Below are positions 28,150 through 36,508 of a stretch of DNA of 64,000 nucleotides, one piece after another. This stretch comes from Alphaproteobacteria bacterium (lineage in GTDB: Bacteria > Pseudomonadota > Alphaproteobacteria > Caulobacterales > Hyphomonadaceae). Below the pieces are notes generated by a model. That model did not search any database. It was not told where the DNA came from and saw nothing but the letters and a program-made list of their open reading frames with translations. The first letter of the stretch is position 1; each line of letters begins with the position of its first letter. The stretch is from the NCBI GenBank assembly GCA_018969425.1, contig JAGWYJ010000014.1, positions 309-64,308 of the forward strand, in the 5' to 3' direction. The translations under genes were made by a program, and so were the position numbers.

Positions 28150-29106
28150 TCATCCGTAGCGCGCGCCCATGGCGCGCACCGTGTCATGGAACTCAGCCAT
28201 CGTCTCCGCGATGACCTCAGCAACCGGCTTGATGCTGGAGATGCGCCCGGCGACCTGACCGGTCAAAGCGATCGAGGCCTCCATGTCGCCGCCGAAGTAA
28301 AGATCCTTGGCTGATCCGAACTCGGTCGTGATGGGCGGTCCGGAATACTCAGGACCCCGCTCTCGCTCGAGGCGCTCCGTCTTGCGCGTCCTCAGCGCGC
28401 GCAGCGCCGGCCTCGAGAACTGGTTGAGGAACAGGGTGTCGGTTTCCTCCGCATCGATGATGGCCTGCTTCCAGTTCATGTGGACCGGGCTCTCGGCGGC
28501 CGAGACCATGCGAGTGCCCATCTGAACGCCTTCGGCCCCGAGAGCGAATGCGGCGGCCATCGTGCGTCCGCAGGTGATCCCCCCTGCGCCCACGATCGGA
28601 ACATTGACCCGTTCGGCCACCAGAGGAAGGAGCACCATCGTCATGACGGGCTGAGGATTCTTGAACCCGCCTCCCTCTCCGCCTTCGACGATCAGCCCGT
28701 CCACGCCCGCCTCGATGGCTTTGAGGGCCGCCTTGAGGGTGGGGACCACATGATAGACGGTGAGGCCCGCCGCTTTCAGCACGCCGCAGAACTTGGTCGG
28801 ATCCCCGGCGCTGGTGCTGACGAAGCGCACGCCCTGGTCGATCACGAAATTGGCGATGCCGGGATCCCGGACAAAGGCCTGAGCGATGTTCACGCCGAAG
28901 GGCTTGTCGGTCAGCGTGCGCATCCGGGCGATCTCGCCCTTAATGACGTCAAGCTCTCCCGAAGAGGTTTCAATGATTCCCATGCCGCCAGCGTTCGACA
29001 CGGCGGAGGCGAGAGGCGCGCGGGCGATCCATCCCATCGGCGCCTGAATGATCGGATACTCCACCCCGAGAGCTTCGGTGACGCGATTGCGGACGGCCAT
29101 GATCAT
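28150..29106 (-). CDS. Nitronate monooxygenase (NMO / 2-nitropropane dioxygenase family)
   Basis: 'LGVEYPIIQAPMGWIA...GMGIIE...IVGAGGITCGRTMAAAFALGAEGVQMGT'. ATG at 29106 (alternative 29100) is preceded by AAGGAG. The listed ORF start at 29352 adds a non-homologous extension. Confidence 0.88.
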   Translation of the reverse strand: MIMAVRNRVTEALGVEYPIIQAPMGWIARAPLASAVSNAGGMGIIETSSGELDVIKGEIARMRTLTDKPFGVNIAQAFVRDPGIANFVIDQGVRFVSTSAGDPTKFCGVLKAAGLTVYHVVPTLKAALKAIEAGVDGLIVEGGEGGGFKNPQPVMTMVLLPLVAERVNVPIVGAGGITCGRTMAAAFALGAEGVQMGTRMVSAAESPVHMNWKQAIIDAEETDTLFLNQFSRPALRALRTRKTERLERERGPEYSGPPITTEFGSAKDLYFGGDMEASIALTGQVAGRISSIKPVAEVIAETMAEFHDTVRAMGARYG

Positions 29107-29269
29107 ATGTCTCCTTCGGACGGTCATCCGGTCTCTCATGCTCCCCCCGCAGCCGGCAAGAGTGTTCGGGGGGAGGCGAACAAGACCGCGACAGGCCGGC
29201 CTTCCTGCTGCTAGGATCTCGTCTCGTCCGATCCGAAGGGCGAGGTCGATTTTGGTTTGGGAGAACGTC

Positions 29270-29578
29270 ATGTTTGCAGTCAGGATGGCGGGCGCAGCCC
29301 TGGCGCTCGGACTTCTGGCCTCGATCCTCTGGGCGTCCTTTACCGGCGCCATTCTCGAGGAGGGCGGGGCTATTCTGGCGCTGCCCTGGGGGATTGTGAC
29401 CTTCCTTGATCTCTATGCGGGATTTCTGTTCGCTGCGCTGGTCATGCTCGTGTGCGAGCCGCGTCGCCCCCTCGGCGTCGTGCTGGCGATCAGCGTATTC
29501 GTTCTCGGCAATGTCGTGACCCTCCTCTGGCTCGCCGTCCGGGCGCCGCTCTTTCTCCGCCGTCTGCGGGGCGAGTGA
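29270..29578 (+). CDS. Small integral membrane protein (DUF1475-like)
   Basis: 102 aa with three hydrophobic segments: 'ALALGLLASILWASF', 'LPWGIVTFLDLYAGFLFAALVML' and 'VLAISVFVLGNVVTLLWLAV'. The family assignment is from memory only. Confidence 0.5.
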   Translation: MFAVRMAGAALALGLLASILWASFTGAILEEGGAILALPWGIVTFLDLYAGFLFAALVMLVCEPRRPLGVVLAISVFVLGNVVTLLWLAVRAPLFLRRLRGE

Positions 29579-29668
29579 CGGTCCGGCGCCTCAAAACGGC
29601 GGCAAGTCTCCTGACGGCGTAGGGCTGGCGGATACCGGTTTGAGGGATGAGCGCGCGGTCATTGCGCC

Positions 29669-30301
29669 TCAGGACTGCTCCGGTCCCTCGCTCCTGAGCA
29701 GCTTGCGAACGCTGTCGGCCGACCAGTCTCGTCCCGTGGCGGTTCGCAGGCCCCGCTCATTCAGGGTTCCGGCGATCTGGCCGAAGGTCTGTCCTGACTG
29801 TCTCAGCGCCAGAATATCCGCCAGCGCGCGCCGGATGCGTTCGGCCTTGCCGTCTCGCCATGCGTTTGTTCGTGCTCTCCAGTCAGAGAAATGGAGATGC
29901 GGATCGAAGAGCTGTCCGTCCATCACGATCTCGTCGGGAAAGAGCGTCTCCACGCAGACATGGCGGGCCGCCCACCAGGTATTGAGGATGGAGTGGTCGC
30001 GCCATCGGGAGACCGCTGAGAAGTCCACGATCAGCAGGCGCGCATCCTGGGACCGGCAGACCTCCGCAACCTTGTCGAGAGCCGGCAGGATGTATGCGCT
30101 TCCCCGATCCGGTTCGATCTCGAGAAAGACCTCTTCGGCGATCAGGCGATAGCCTTCCTCTTTTGCGTATCGACGGATCCGTTCGCACTGATAGCGGATG
30201 GTGACGCTGGCCCGGGCCGCCGCCTCAATCCCGTCCGGAAGCTGGGTGAACCCGGCCCAGGGCGCAGGGAGCGTCCAGTAAAAGCCGACCGCATTGATCA
30301 T
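29669..30301 (-). CDS. Resolvase-fold-like protein lacking the catalytic serine motif, with a recombinase-type C-terminal HTH
   Basis: The C-terminus 'LRQSGQTFGQIAGTLNERGLRTATGRDWSADSVRKLL' resembles the serine-recombinase HTH/'Recombinase' segment. The N-terminus 'AVGFYWTLPAPW...' replaces the Y-x-R-x-S-T nucleophile motif. 'ARLLIVDFSAVSRWR' stands in place of 'lvv..lDRl.R'. Confidence 0.45.
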   Translation of the reverse strand: MINAVGFYWTLPAPWAGFTQLPDGIEAAARASVTIRYQCERIRRYAKEEGYRLIAEEVFLEIEPDRGSAYILPALDKVAEVCRSQDARLLIVDFSAVSRWRDHSILNTWWAARHVCVETLFPDEIVMDGQLFDPHLHFSDWRARTNAWRDGKAERIRRALADILALRQSGQTFGQIAGTLNERGLRTATGRDWSADSVRKLLRSEGPEQS

Positions 30302-30333
30302 GGAAGGTCCTTCTGGAGCCGATCCGGGCGACG

Positions 30334-30367
30334 GAAAATCCCGAGCGTTCGCACGAAATCCCGTGAG
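30334..30367. promoter_or_regulatory. Direct repeats in the divergent promoter between the resolvase-like gene and the IMPase-ARH gene
   Basis: The AAATCCCG core occurs at 30336-30343 and 30356-30363, exactly 20 bp apart (GAAAATCCCGAG / CGAAATCCCGTGAG). Confidence 0.4.
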
Positions 30368-30406
30368 GCGATTATTCCGATCGTCGAACAGGCGGAGACG
30401 CGCTCG

Positions 30407-32323
30407 ATGACCTCACCCCATACCAGATCCGATGAGACGCTCAATCGTGCGGAAGACATCATCCGGGATGCGGGCGCCATGATCCGCGCCGAGTTTCACA
30501 GGGGGGGCGGGCCGCGTCGGCGGGGCGCCTCGGCGCCGATCGATCTCGAGGTCGAAAGGATGCTGAGGCGTCGCCTGTCCGATCTCTGTCCGGGAGGCTG
30601 GCTGGGCGAGGAGACGGGCCGTTCGGAAGGCCAGGGGGCGCATCTCTGGGTGGTCGATCCTCATGACGGAACCAGCGATTTTCTGTCCGGACGTCGCGGA
30701 TCCTCGATCTCGGCAGCCCTTCTCTTCGAGGGAGAGCCCGTTCTGTCCGTCGTCTACGCGCCTCTTTATCCTGACGATGCGGGAGACATGATTTCGTGGA
30801 GGCGCGGCGGGGGCGTCCGGCGCAATGGCCGTCCGGTCGGGATCGATCCTGCTGCAGCGCAGGGTATTATTGCGATGAACGTCGATGCGAGGGAATGGGC
30901 CGCAGAGGAGGGACGGCCCCTCCAGGGACTGAGGATAAAGTCCCTCCCCAGTCCGGCCTACAGGCTGGCGCTCGCCGCAGTCGGTGAGGTGGAGGCGGCC
31001 GTCAGTTTCACCTTCGGTCTCGCCCCCTGGGATCTTGCGGCGGGTGGGGCCCTTCTCGCAGCCTCGGGGCGCACGCTCACGGATCTGCAGGGCCGCCCCA
31101 TTCTCCCGCTCGATTACGCCGATGGCTGTATCGGAGCGGCCCCTGACCTGGCGCCGCGACTGGTCCGGACATTTCGGGGCGCCTCGGCGGGGCGCAGGAG
31201 CCTCTCACGCTCTCGAAGAGCCGGTCCGTTTGCGACGGACGCCCGCCTGCTCGCCCGCGCTCAGGGATGTCTTCTCGGTCAGCTGGCGGGAGATGCGCTG
31301 GGATCTGCGGTCGAGTTCATGTCCGCCTCAGAGATTGGCCGACGTCATCCCTCGGGCGTTCGCAGCCTGACCGACGGCGGGGTCTGGTCGCTGATCGCCG
31401 GTCAGCCGACGGACGACGGCGAAATGGCCCTCGCTCTGGCGCGCTCGCTCTGTGAGGCGGGCGCCTATGATACGTCCTCTGTCGCGTCGGCCTATCTGCG
31501 CTGGCGGCGCTCCGGTCCGTTCGATATCGGCTCGACCACGAGCAGGGGCCTCACCGCCCTCGCGGGCTCCGGAGACCCCGATAAGAACAGTCAGTCAAAC
31601 GGCGCGCTCATGAGGGTCAGTCCGATCGGCCTGTTCGCGCATGGAGATCCGGGTCTTGCCGCAGACCTTGCGGAGCGCGATGGGCGTCTGACCCATCCCC
31701 ATCCTGTCTGTCAGGCGGCAAACCGGGCCGTTGCAGCCGCCATCGCTGTCGGCGTCTCGGGGGCGGACGCCGGAGCGATGCTCGAGGTCGCCTTTCAGGC
31801 CGCCGGCGCGGGAGAGGACGCAGAGGTGATCCGGCTGAGGCTTCTCGCCGCGCGCCGCGCGGCGCCGTCCGATCTCGGCGCCTCTGTGGGTTGGGCGCCG
31901 CCTGCGCTGCAGAACGCCTTTTATCAGCTCCTGCGAGGCGCGCCCCTTGAGGAGGCGCTGGTGGAGACTGTGGGCATAGGCGGGGATACGGACACCAATG
32001 CGGCGATCTGCGGCGCGCTCATCGGCGCCCTGCAGGGGCGCGAGAGCCTGCCTCTTCAATGGCGAAACCGGATCCTGACCTGTCGCCCGGCGAGCGCGCC
32101 CGGCGTCATCCATCCGAGACCTCCCGAGTACTGGCCGGACGATGCCCTTGAGCTCGCCGAGGATTTGCTGTCCCCTCGCCTGAGGCGCGAAGGAGGCTCT
32201 TCCGGACGGCTCGAATCCGCACGCGTCGGGTCGGCGAGGCAATCCGGATGGGGAATGGACAAGGCTCGCCCGAGCGTGTCCGGACGGGGCGACGTCAAAT
32301 CAGAACAGACAGAGGAGGGATGA
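30407..32323 (+). CDS. Fusion protein: IMPase-superfamily phosphatase (N-terminal) + ADP-ribosylglycohydrolase (C-terminal)
   Basis: IMPase motifs: 'WLGEETG', 'WVVDPHDGTSDF' and 'WDLAAGG'. The linker is Ser/Arg-rich ('ASAGRRSLSRSRRAG'). ARH motifs: 'GQLAGDALGSAVEF', 'TDDGEMALA', 'SNGALMRVSPIG' and 'GGDTDTNAAICGALIGA'. Confidence 0.85.
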   Translation: MTSPHTRSDETLNRAEDIIRDAGAMIRAEFHRGGGPRRRGASAPIDLEVERMLRRRLSDLCPGGWLGEETGRSEGQGAHLWVVDPHDGTSDFLSGRRGSSISAALLFEGEPVLSVVYAPLYPDDAGDMISWRRGGGVRRNGRPVGIDPAAAQGIIAMNVDAREWAAEEGRPLQGLRIKSLPSPAYRLALAAVGEVEAAVSFTFGLAPWDLAAGGALLAASGRTLTDLQGRPILPLDYADGCIGAAPDLAPRLVRTFRGASAGRRSLSRSRRAGPFATDARLLARAQGCLLGQLAGDALGSAVEFMSASEIGRRHPSGVRSLTDGGVWSLIAGQPTDDGEMALALARSLCEAGAYDTSSVASAYLRWRRSGPFDIGSTTSRGLTALAGSGDPDKNSQSNGALMRVSPIGLFAHGDPGLAADLAERDGRLTHPHPVCQAANRAVAAAIAVGVSGADAGAMLEVAFQAAGAGEDAEVIRLRLLAARRAAPSDLGASVGWAPPALQNAFYQLLRGAPLEEALVETVGIGGDTDTNAAICGALIGALQGRESLPLQWRNRILTCRPASAPGVIHPRPPEYWPDDALELAEDLLSPRLRREGGSSGRLESARVGSARQSGWGMDKARPSVSGRGDVKSEQTEEG

Positions 32324-32325
32324 TC

Positions 32326-32757
32326 ATGGGCCCTGTGCCTGAGGCGGACGCCTATGGCGCCGTTCTCGTCAACGCATCGGGGGAGGTTCTCCTCCGGGAG
32401 CCGTCCGGCCATTTCGGAGGCTATGTCTGGACCTTCGCCAAGGGGCGCTCCGATCCGGGTGAGACCCCGGCGCAGACGGCTCTGAGGGAGGTCCGGGAGG
32501 AGACCGGGTATGACGCCGAGATTATCGCCGTCATTCCGACGGCTTTTCCGGGAACGACGACCGTCACCGCCTTCTTTCTGGCTGTTCCCGTCGGAGAGCC
32601 CGCTCCCTTCAGCCGTGAGACCGCATCGGTCCGATGGGTCGGGTTCGAGGCGGCTGCGGGCCTCATCGCGATGACGAAAACGAGCTATGGCAGACAGCGC
32701 GACCTCGACATCCTCGAGGCGGCGAGGCGTCTTCATGCGAGCCTGCGCGACGGCTGA
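32326..32757 (+). CDS. NUDIX hydrolase
   Basis: Complete NUDIX box 'GRSDPGETPAQTALREVREETGY'. ATG at 32326 lies 7 nt after GGAGG (32314-32318) and 2 nt after the upstream TGA. Alternative ATG at 32320 overlaps that stop. Confidence 0.88.
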   Translation: MGPVPEADAYGAVLVNASGEVLLREPSGHFGGYVWTFAKGRSDPGETPAQTALREVREETGYDAEIIAVIPTAFPGTTTVTAFFLAVPVGEPAPFSRETASVRWVGFEAAAGLIAMTKTSYGRQRDLDILEAARRLHASLRDG

Positions 32758-32771
32758 GCCCGCGCGGCGCC

Positions 32772-33350
32772 CTATCCGAACGCGTGATGATCAAACAGAA
32801 CGCGAATGCCGATCGCGATCAGGATCACCCCTCCGGCGGCTTCCGCCCGCGACCCGAGGGAATCTCCTGAGAGGCGTCCGATGAAGACGCCCGCAGCGGA
32901 CGCCATGAAGGTGATGCCTCCGATCGCCGCGACGCTGACCAGGATCGGCGCTCCGAGCGCCGGCAGAGTGAACCCCGCGGCGGCCGCATCGATGCTGACC
33001 GCAACGGCGAGGGCGAAGAGAGCCCATCCTGTCGCTGATCGCTCTCCGCGTTCAGGCTCCTCACCGGGCGGGTCATGGCTCAGCCCCTCCCAGATCATCT
33101 TGGCTCCCACGGCGCTCAGGAGGCCGCAGGCGATCCAGTGATCGAAGCGTTCGATGGTTGAGGCGAACAGCGTGCCGACCGACCAGCCCAGAAGCGGGGC
33201 CAGCGCCTGAGCGAGACCGAATGCGCCTCCGATCATCAGGGCCTCCCTCCAGGGCCGCCGGGAGGCGACGGCTCCCTGGCAGAGCGCAACGGCGAAGGCG
33301 TCGGCCGCCAGAGCGAGGGACAGAAATACGATGGACAGAACAATGCTCAT
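32772..33350 (-). CDS. mntP: Manganese efflux pump MntP
   Basis: 'MSIVLSIVFLSLALAADAFAVALCQG...' with a duplicated DAF/DAA membrane motif ('SIDAAAAGF'). ATGA overlap with the upstream methyltransferase gene. Confidence 0.85.
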   Translation of the reverse strand: MSIVLSIVFLSLALAADAFAVALCQGAVASRRPWREALMIGGAFGLAQALAPLLGWSVGTLFASTIERFDHWIACGLLSAVGAKMIWEGLSHDPPGEEPERGERSATGWALFALAVAVSIDAAAAGFTLPALGAPILVSVAAIGGITFMASAAGVFIGRLSGDSLGSRAEAAGGVILIAIGIRVLFDHHAFG

Positions 33351-34657
33351 GGACGGCCCTTACGCGATCGACCCGCCGTGCGCCGGGAGAGACAGGCGAT
33401 GATCTCGATATGATGGGAATAGCTGAACTGATCAATCGGGACGACCCGGTCGATCCGGTAACCGCCGGAGACGAGGATGGCGAGGTCGCGGGCGAAGGTC
33501 TGCGCATCGCACGAGACGGATACGATGCGTCCCGGCCCTCCCTCGGCCAGACGTCGCGCCTGCGCTTCGGCGCCGGCCCGCGGCGGGTCGATCACGACGC
33601 CGTCATAGGCCGCAAGCTCGCTGGCGGTGAGGGGACGGGTGAAGAGGTCGCGTCGTTCGGTCGTCACCGGCTTGAGGCCTGCAGCGTTTCGAGCGGCTGC
33701 GGCAAGCGCCTTGAGGGCGTCAGCCTGGCTTTCGATCGCGTGAACCCGCGTTCCGGCGGCTGCGAGCGGCAGGCTGAACGTGCCGGATCCGGCGAACAGG
33801 TCCGCCACATGTCGCGCGCCTGAGAGCGCCCCGAGAACAAGCGAGATCATCTCGCCTTCCGATGCGGATGAGGCCTGAAGGAAACCTCCTGGCGGCGGCG
33901 TCAGGAACACGCCTCCGACCTTGATCGCCGGCGGGGCGCGCTCGAGTATGATCTCTCCTTCAACCGACAGACGCGCCAGCCGAGGATCGCCTGCCCGAGC
34001 GACAAGCGCGGCGCGTTCGTCGGCAGGCAGGTCCCGTCCCAGTCCGGTGAGGGCGACATCGTAGCCGGTCAGCGTCTCGATCACGGTCACACTGAGGCCG
34101 CCCTTGCGCGGCGCGCACACGCGGGCCAGCGCTTCGAGCGCCGGCAGGAAGGCGGCGAGACCGGGCGTGATGACGGTGCAGCCGGTGATCGTTTCGATCC
34201 GCCAGCTCTTGCGCCCGTGAAAGCCGAAGCGAACCGCCCCGTCCTGTCTTGCTGCGGCGAAGGCGGCGCGTCGGCGGGTTCCCGCTCCTGCGGCTCGCGG
34301 CGCCTCGACGTCCGGGGTGAGGCCCGCCGAGGCCAGCGCCCGAACGACGAGAGAGCGCTTGAACTCGAGATAGTCCGGGGTTGCGAGGTGCTGCAGAGAG
34401 CATCCGCCGCAGGTCTGGAAATTAGGGCAGGCCGGCGAGACCCGACGGGCGGACGCCGTCAGCACCTCGAGAATTCGGGCGCGGTCACCCTCAAGCTCTG
34501 CAACGACCCGGTCTCCGGGAAGACCGAACGGGACAAAGATGCGCCGTCCGTCGATCTCGGCGAGGCCGTCGCCTCGTGCGCCGAGCTGCAGGACGTCGAG
34601 GATAACGCGCTCTCGTCCCTCGCTCTCATCTCTCTTCGGCGGATCCGTGACGGTCAT
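33347..34657 (-). CDS. Class I SAM-dependent RNA (uracil-5) methyltransferase, RlmD/TrmA-like with TRAM domain
   Basis: Fe-S Cys cluster 'CPNFQTCGGCSLQHL', SAM motif 'DLFAGSGTFSLPLA' and 'VVIDPPRAGA'. Confidence 0.85.
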   Translation of the reverse strand: MTVTDPPKRDESEGRERVILDVLQLGARGDGLAEIDGRRIFVPFGLPGDRVVAELEGDRARILEVLTASARRVSPACPNFQTCGGCSLQHLATPDYLEFKRSLVVRALASAGLTPDVEAPRAAGAGTRRRAAFAAARQDGAVRFGFHGRKSWRIETITGCTVITPGLAAFLPALEALARVCAPRKGGLSVTVIETLTGYDVALTGLGRDLPADERAALVARAGDPRLARLSVEGEIILERAPPAIKVGGVFLTPPPGGFLQASSASEGEMISLVLGALSGARHVADLFAGSGTFSLPLAAAGTRVHAIESQADALKALAAAARNAAGLKPVTTERRDLFTRPLTASELAAYDGVVIDPPRAGAEAQARRLAEGGPGRIVSVSCDAQTFARDLAILVSGGYRIDRVVPIDQFSYSHHIEIIACLSRRTAGRSRKGRP

Positions 34658-34711
34658 GGTCGGGCATCAAGCAGGTTCCCCTCTCCTGCGCCAGAGGGGG
34701 CGGACTGGACC

Positions 34712-34739
34712 AGCGTTATATTTCCCGGCATATAACGCT
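34712..34739. promoter_or_regulatory. Mo-box-like palindrome (candidate ModE/Mop-type operator) upstream of modB
   Basis: AGCGTTATAT-TTCCCGGC-ATATAACGCT has perfect 10-bp arms built on TATAT/ATATA half-sites. It lies 39 bp upstream of the modB GTG. Confidence 0.6.
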
Positions 34740-34777
34740 TCACAGAAACAAAAAAGCGGCGTGGCGGTGAGGCGGGC

Positions 34778-35464
34778 GTGCTGACAAACGAGGAGTGGTC
34801 GATCCTGCTCGTGAGCCTCAGCGTCGCCGGTCGCGCGACGCTGGCCTCCCTGCCTTTCGCGATTGCGGCGGCCTACGCCCTGTCGCGACCGAACCTTCCG
34901 GGCCGCAGTCTCCTGAACGCGGCGGTCCATCTGCCTCTGGTTCTTCCGCCGGTTCTGGTTGGTTTTCTTCTTCTTCTTATTTTCGGTCGCCGGGGGCCGG
35001 TCGGGGGATTCCTGGAGGAGACCTTCGGGTTCCAGCTGGCCTTCTCCTCGGCGGGCGCGGCCCTCGCGACAGCGGTGATGAGTTTCCCGCTTCAGGTGCG
35101 GGCGTTGCGCCTATCGTTCGAGGCGACCGACCCGGCGCTCTTTCAGGCCGCAGCCGTCCTGGGAGCGGGACCCTGGGATCGGTTTGTCTCTCTCGCCCTG
35201 CCTCTCGCAGCGCCTGGAGTTCTCGCAGGCGCCGTGACCGCCTTTGCGGCCGGGCTGGGAGAGTTCGGGGCTGTGATAACCTTCGCCTCAAGCATTCCCG
35301 GCGAGACGCAGACGCTTCCCCTGGCGATTTACGCCGCCCTCCAGGTTCCCGGCGGCGAAAGCGCCGCTCTGAGGCTTGCCGGCGTTTCGATGGTCGCGGC
35401 TGTTTCCGGTCTCGCTCTGGCGGAGATCCTTCAGACCCTCGCGCGTCGGAGGCTCGGCGGATGA
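34778..35464 (+). CDS. modB: Molybdate ABC transporter permease
   Basis: 228 aa, polytopic. The EAA-like loop is 'FQAAAVLGAGPWDRFVSLALPLAAPG'. ATGA overlap with modC. Confidence 0.88.
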   Translation: MLTNEEWSILLVSLSVAGRATLASLPFAIAAAYALSRPNLPGRSLLNAAVHLPLVLPPVLVGFLLLLIFGRRGPVGGFLEETFGFQLAFSSAGAALATAVMSFPLQVRALRLSFEATDPALFQAAAVLGAGPWDRFVSLALPLAAPGVLAGAVTAFAAGLGEFGAVITFASSIPGETQTLPLAIYAALQVPGGESAALRLAGVSMVAAVSGLALAEILQTLARRRLGG

Positions 35465-36486
35465 GTTCGGCCTCCTCCGGTCTTGAGATCCGTCATCTGA
35501 GGCTCGCCCGCGGGGATTTCATCCTTGAGGCCGATTTCGCGCTGCCGCCGCAGGGGGTAACCGTTCTGTTCGGGCCCTCGGGAGCCGGAAAGTCGCTTCT
35601 CCTGTCGGCTATCGCCGGGCTCACCAGGCCGGACTCGGGCGGGGTGCGTCTCGACGGTCGCTGGCTTGACGGACCGGAAGCGTCCCCCCGCGCGCCGGCT
35701 CACGAGCGCCGCATCGGTCTTGTGTTCCAGGATGCGCGTCTTTTCCCCCACCTCTCCGTGCGCGACAATCTTCGGTATGCGGAGGCCCGCGCGGCGGTCC
35801 TCGATGCGCAGATGAGTTTTGATGAGATTGTCGCGGAGTTCGGGCTTGGGGATCTGCTTGGGCGGTCCGTACGCGGCCTCTCGGGCGGAGAACGGAGCCG
35901 CATCGCGATCGCCCGCGCCCTGCTGGCGGCCCCGCGCTGGCTGCTTCTCGATGAGCCTTTCGCCGCACTCGACGGCCGCCGTCGCCGGGAACGTCTTGTC
36001 CATTTGCGGGATCTGTCCGCGCGGGCGGGTCTCCCGATGATCGTCGTCACGCATCTCGTGGAGGATGCCGTGGATCTCGCCGATCAAGTCGTGGCCCTTC
36101 GCGCTGGGCGATGCGTCATCTCCGGAGATGTCGCGAGGGTGATGGCTGGCGAGGACTTTCTCTCGCTGCTTGAAGACCGCGACCTCGGGGCCCGTATCTC
36201 CCGGCCCCCGCTGAGGGGGAGCGGGGCGGAGACGGGCGGAGGAGCGGTCTGGGTTCGCGCCGACACCGTCATCCTCGCCTCGAGCGCGCCTTCAGGTCTC
36301 TCCGCGCGCCATGTGTGGGCGGGACGAGTGCGTTCGATCCGGCGTGAGGCGGAGGGAGCGTGTCTGGTTCGTCTGGAGACGGAAGCGGGAGACCTGCTCT
36401 CGCGGGTCACGCAGGAGGCGGCTGAGGAGCTCAACGTGAGGCCAGGGAGCGCCGTATGGGCGGTGGTGAAGACGCATGCGTTCTGA
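35461..36486 (+). CDS. modC: Molybdate ABC transporter ATP-binding protein with C-terminal TOBE/Mop domain
   Basis: Walker A 'GPSGAGKS', signature 'LSGGERSRIAIARAL', Walker B 'LLLDEPF'. The C-terminus is '...LVRLETEAGDLLSRVT...VWAVVKTHAF'. Confidence 0.9.
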   Translation: MSSASSGLEIRHLRLARGDFILEADFALPPQGVTVLFGPSGAGKSLLLSAIAGLTRPDSGGVRLDGRWLDGPEASPRAPAHERRIGLVFQDARLFPHLSVRDNLRYAEARAAVLDAQMSFDEIVAEFGLGDLLGRSVRGLSGGERSRIAIARALLAAPRWLLLDEPFAALDGRRRRERLVHLRDLSARAGLPMIVVTHLVEDAVDLADQVVALRAGRCVISGDVARVMAGEDFLSLLEDRDLGARISRPPLRGSGAETGGGAVWVRADTVILASSAPSGLSARHVWAGRVRSIRREAEGACLVRLETEAGDLLSRVTQEAAEELNVRPGSAVWAVVKTHAF

Positions 36487-36508
36487 AGAGCCGAAGGGAG
36501 CTTGTGTC

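Noticed and set aside
32248-32325. Earlier start (ATG at 32248) for the NUDIX gene, giving a 169-aa product
   Set aside because: It would overlap the ARH gene by 76 nt and add a Gly/Arg-rich, non-homologous N-terminus. The ATG at 32326 has a properly spaced GGAGG.
34795-35460. Upstream 222 codons of the listed 563-aa ORF containing modC
   Set aside because: This is an alternative frame across modB with an Arg/Ser/Gly-rich translation. The ModC homology starts at the ATG at 35461, which overlaps the modB stop.
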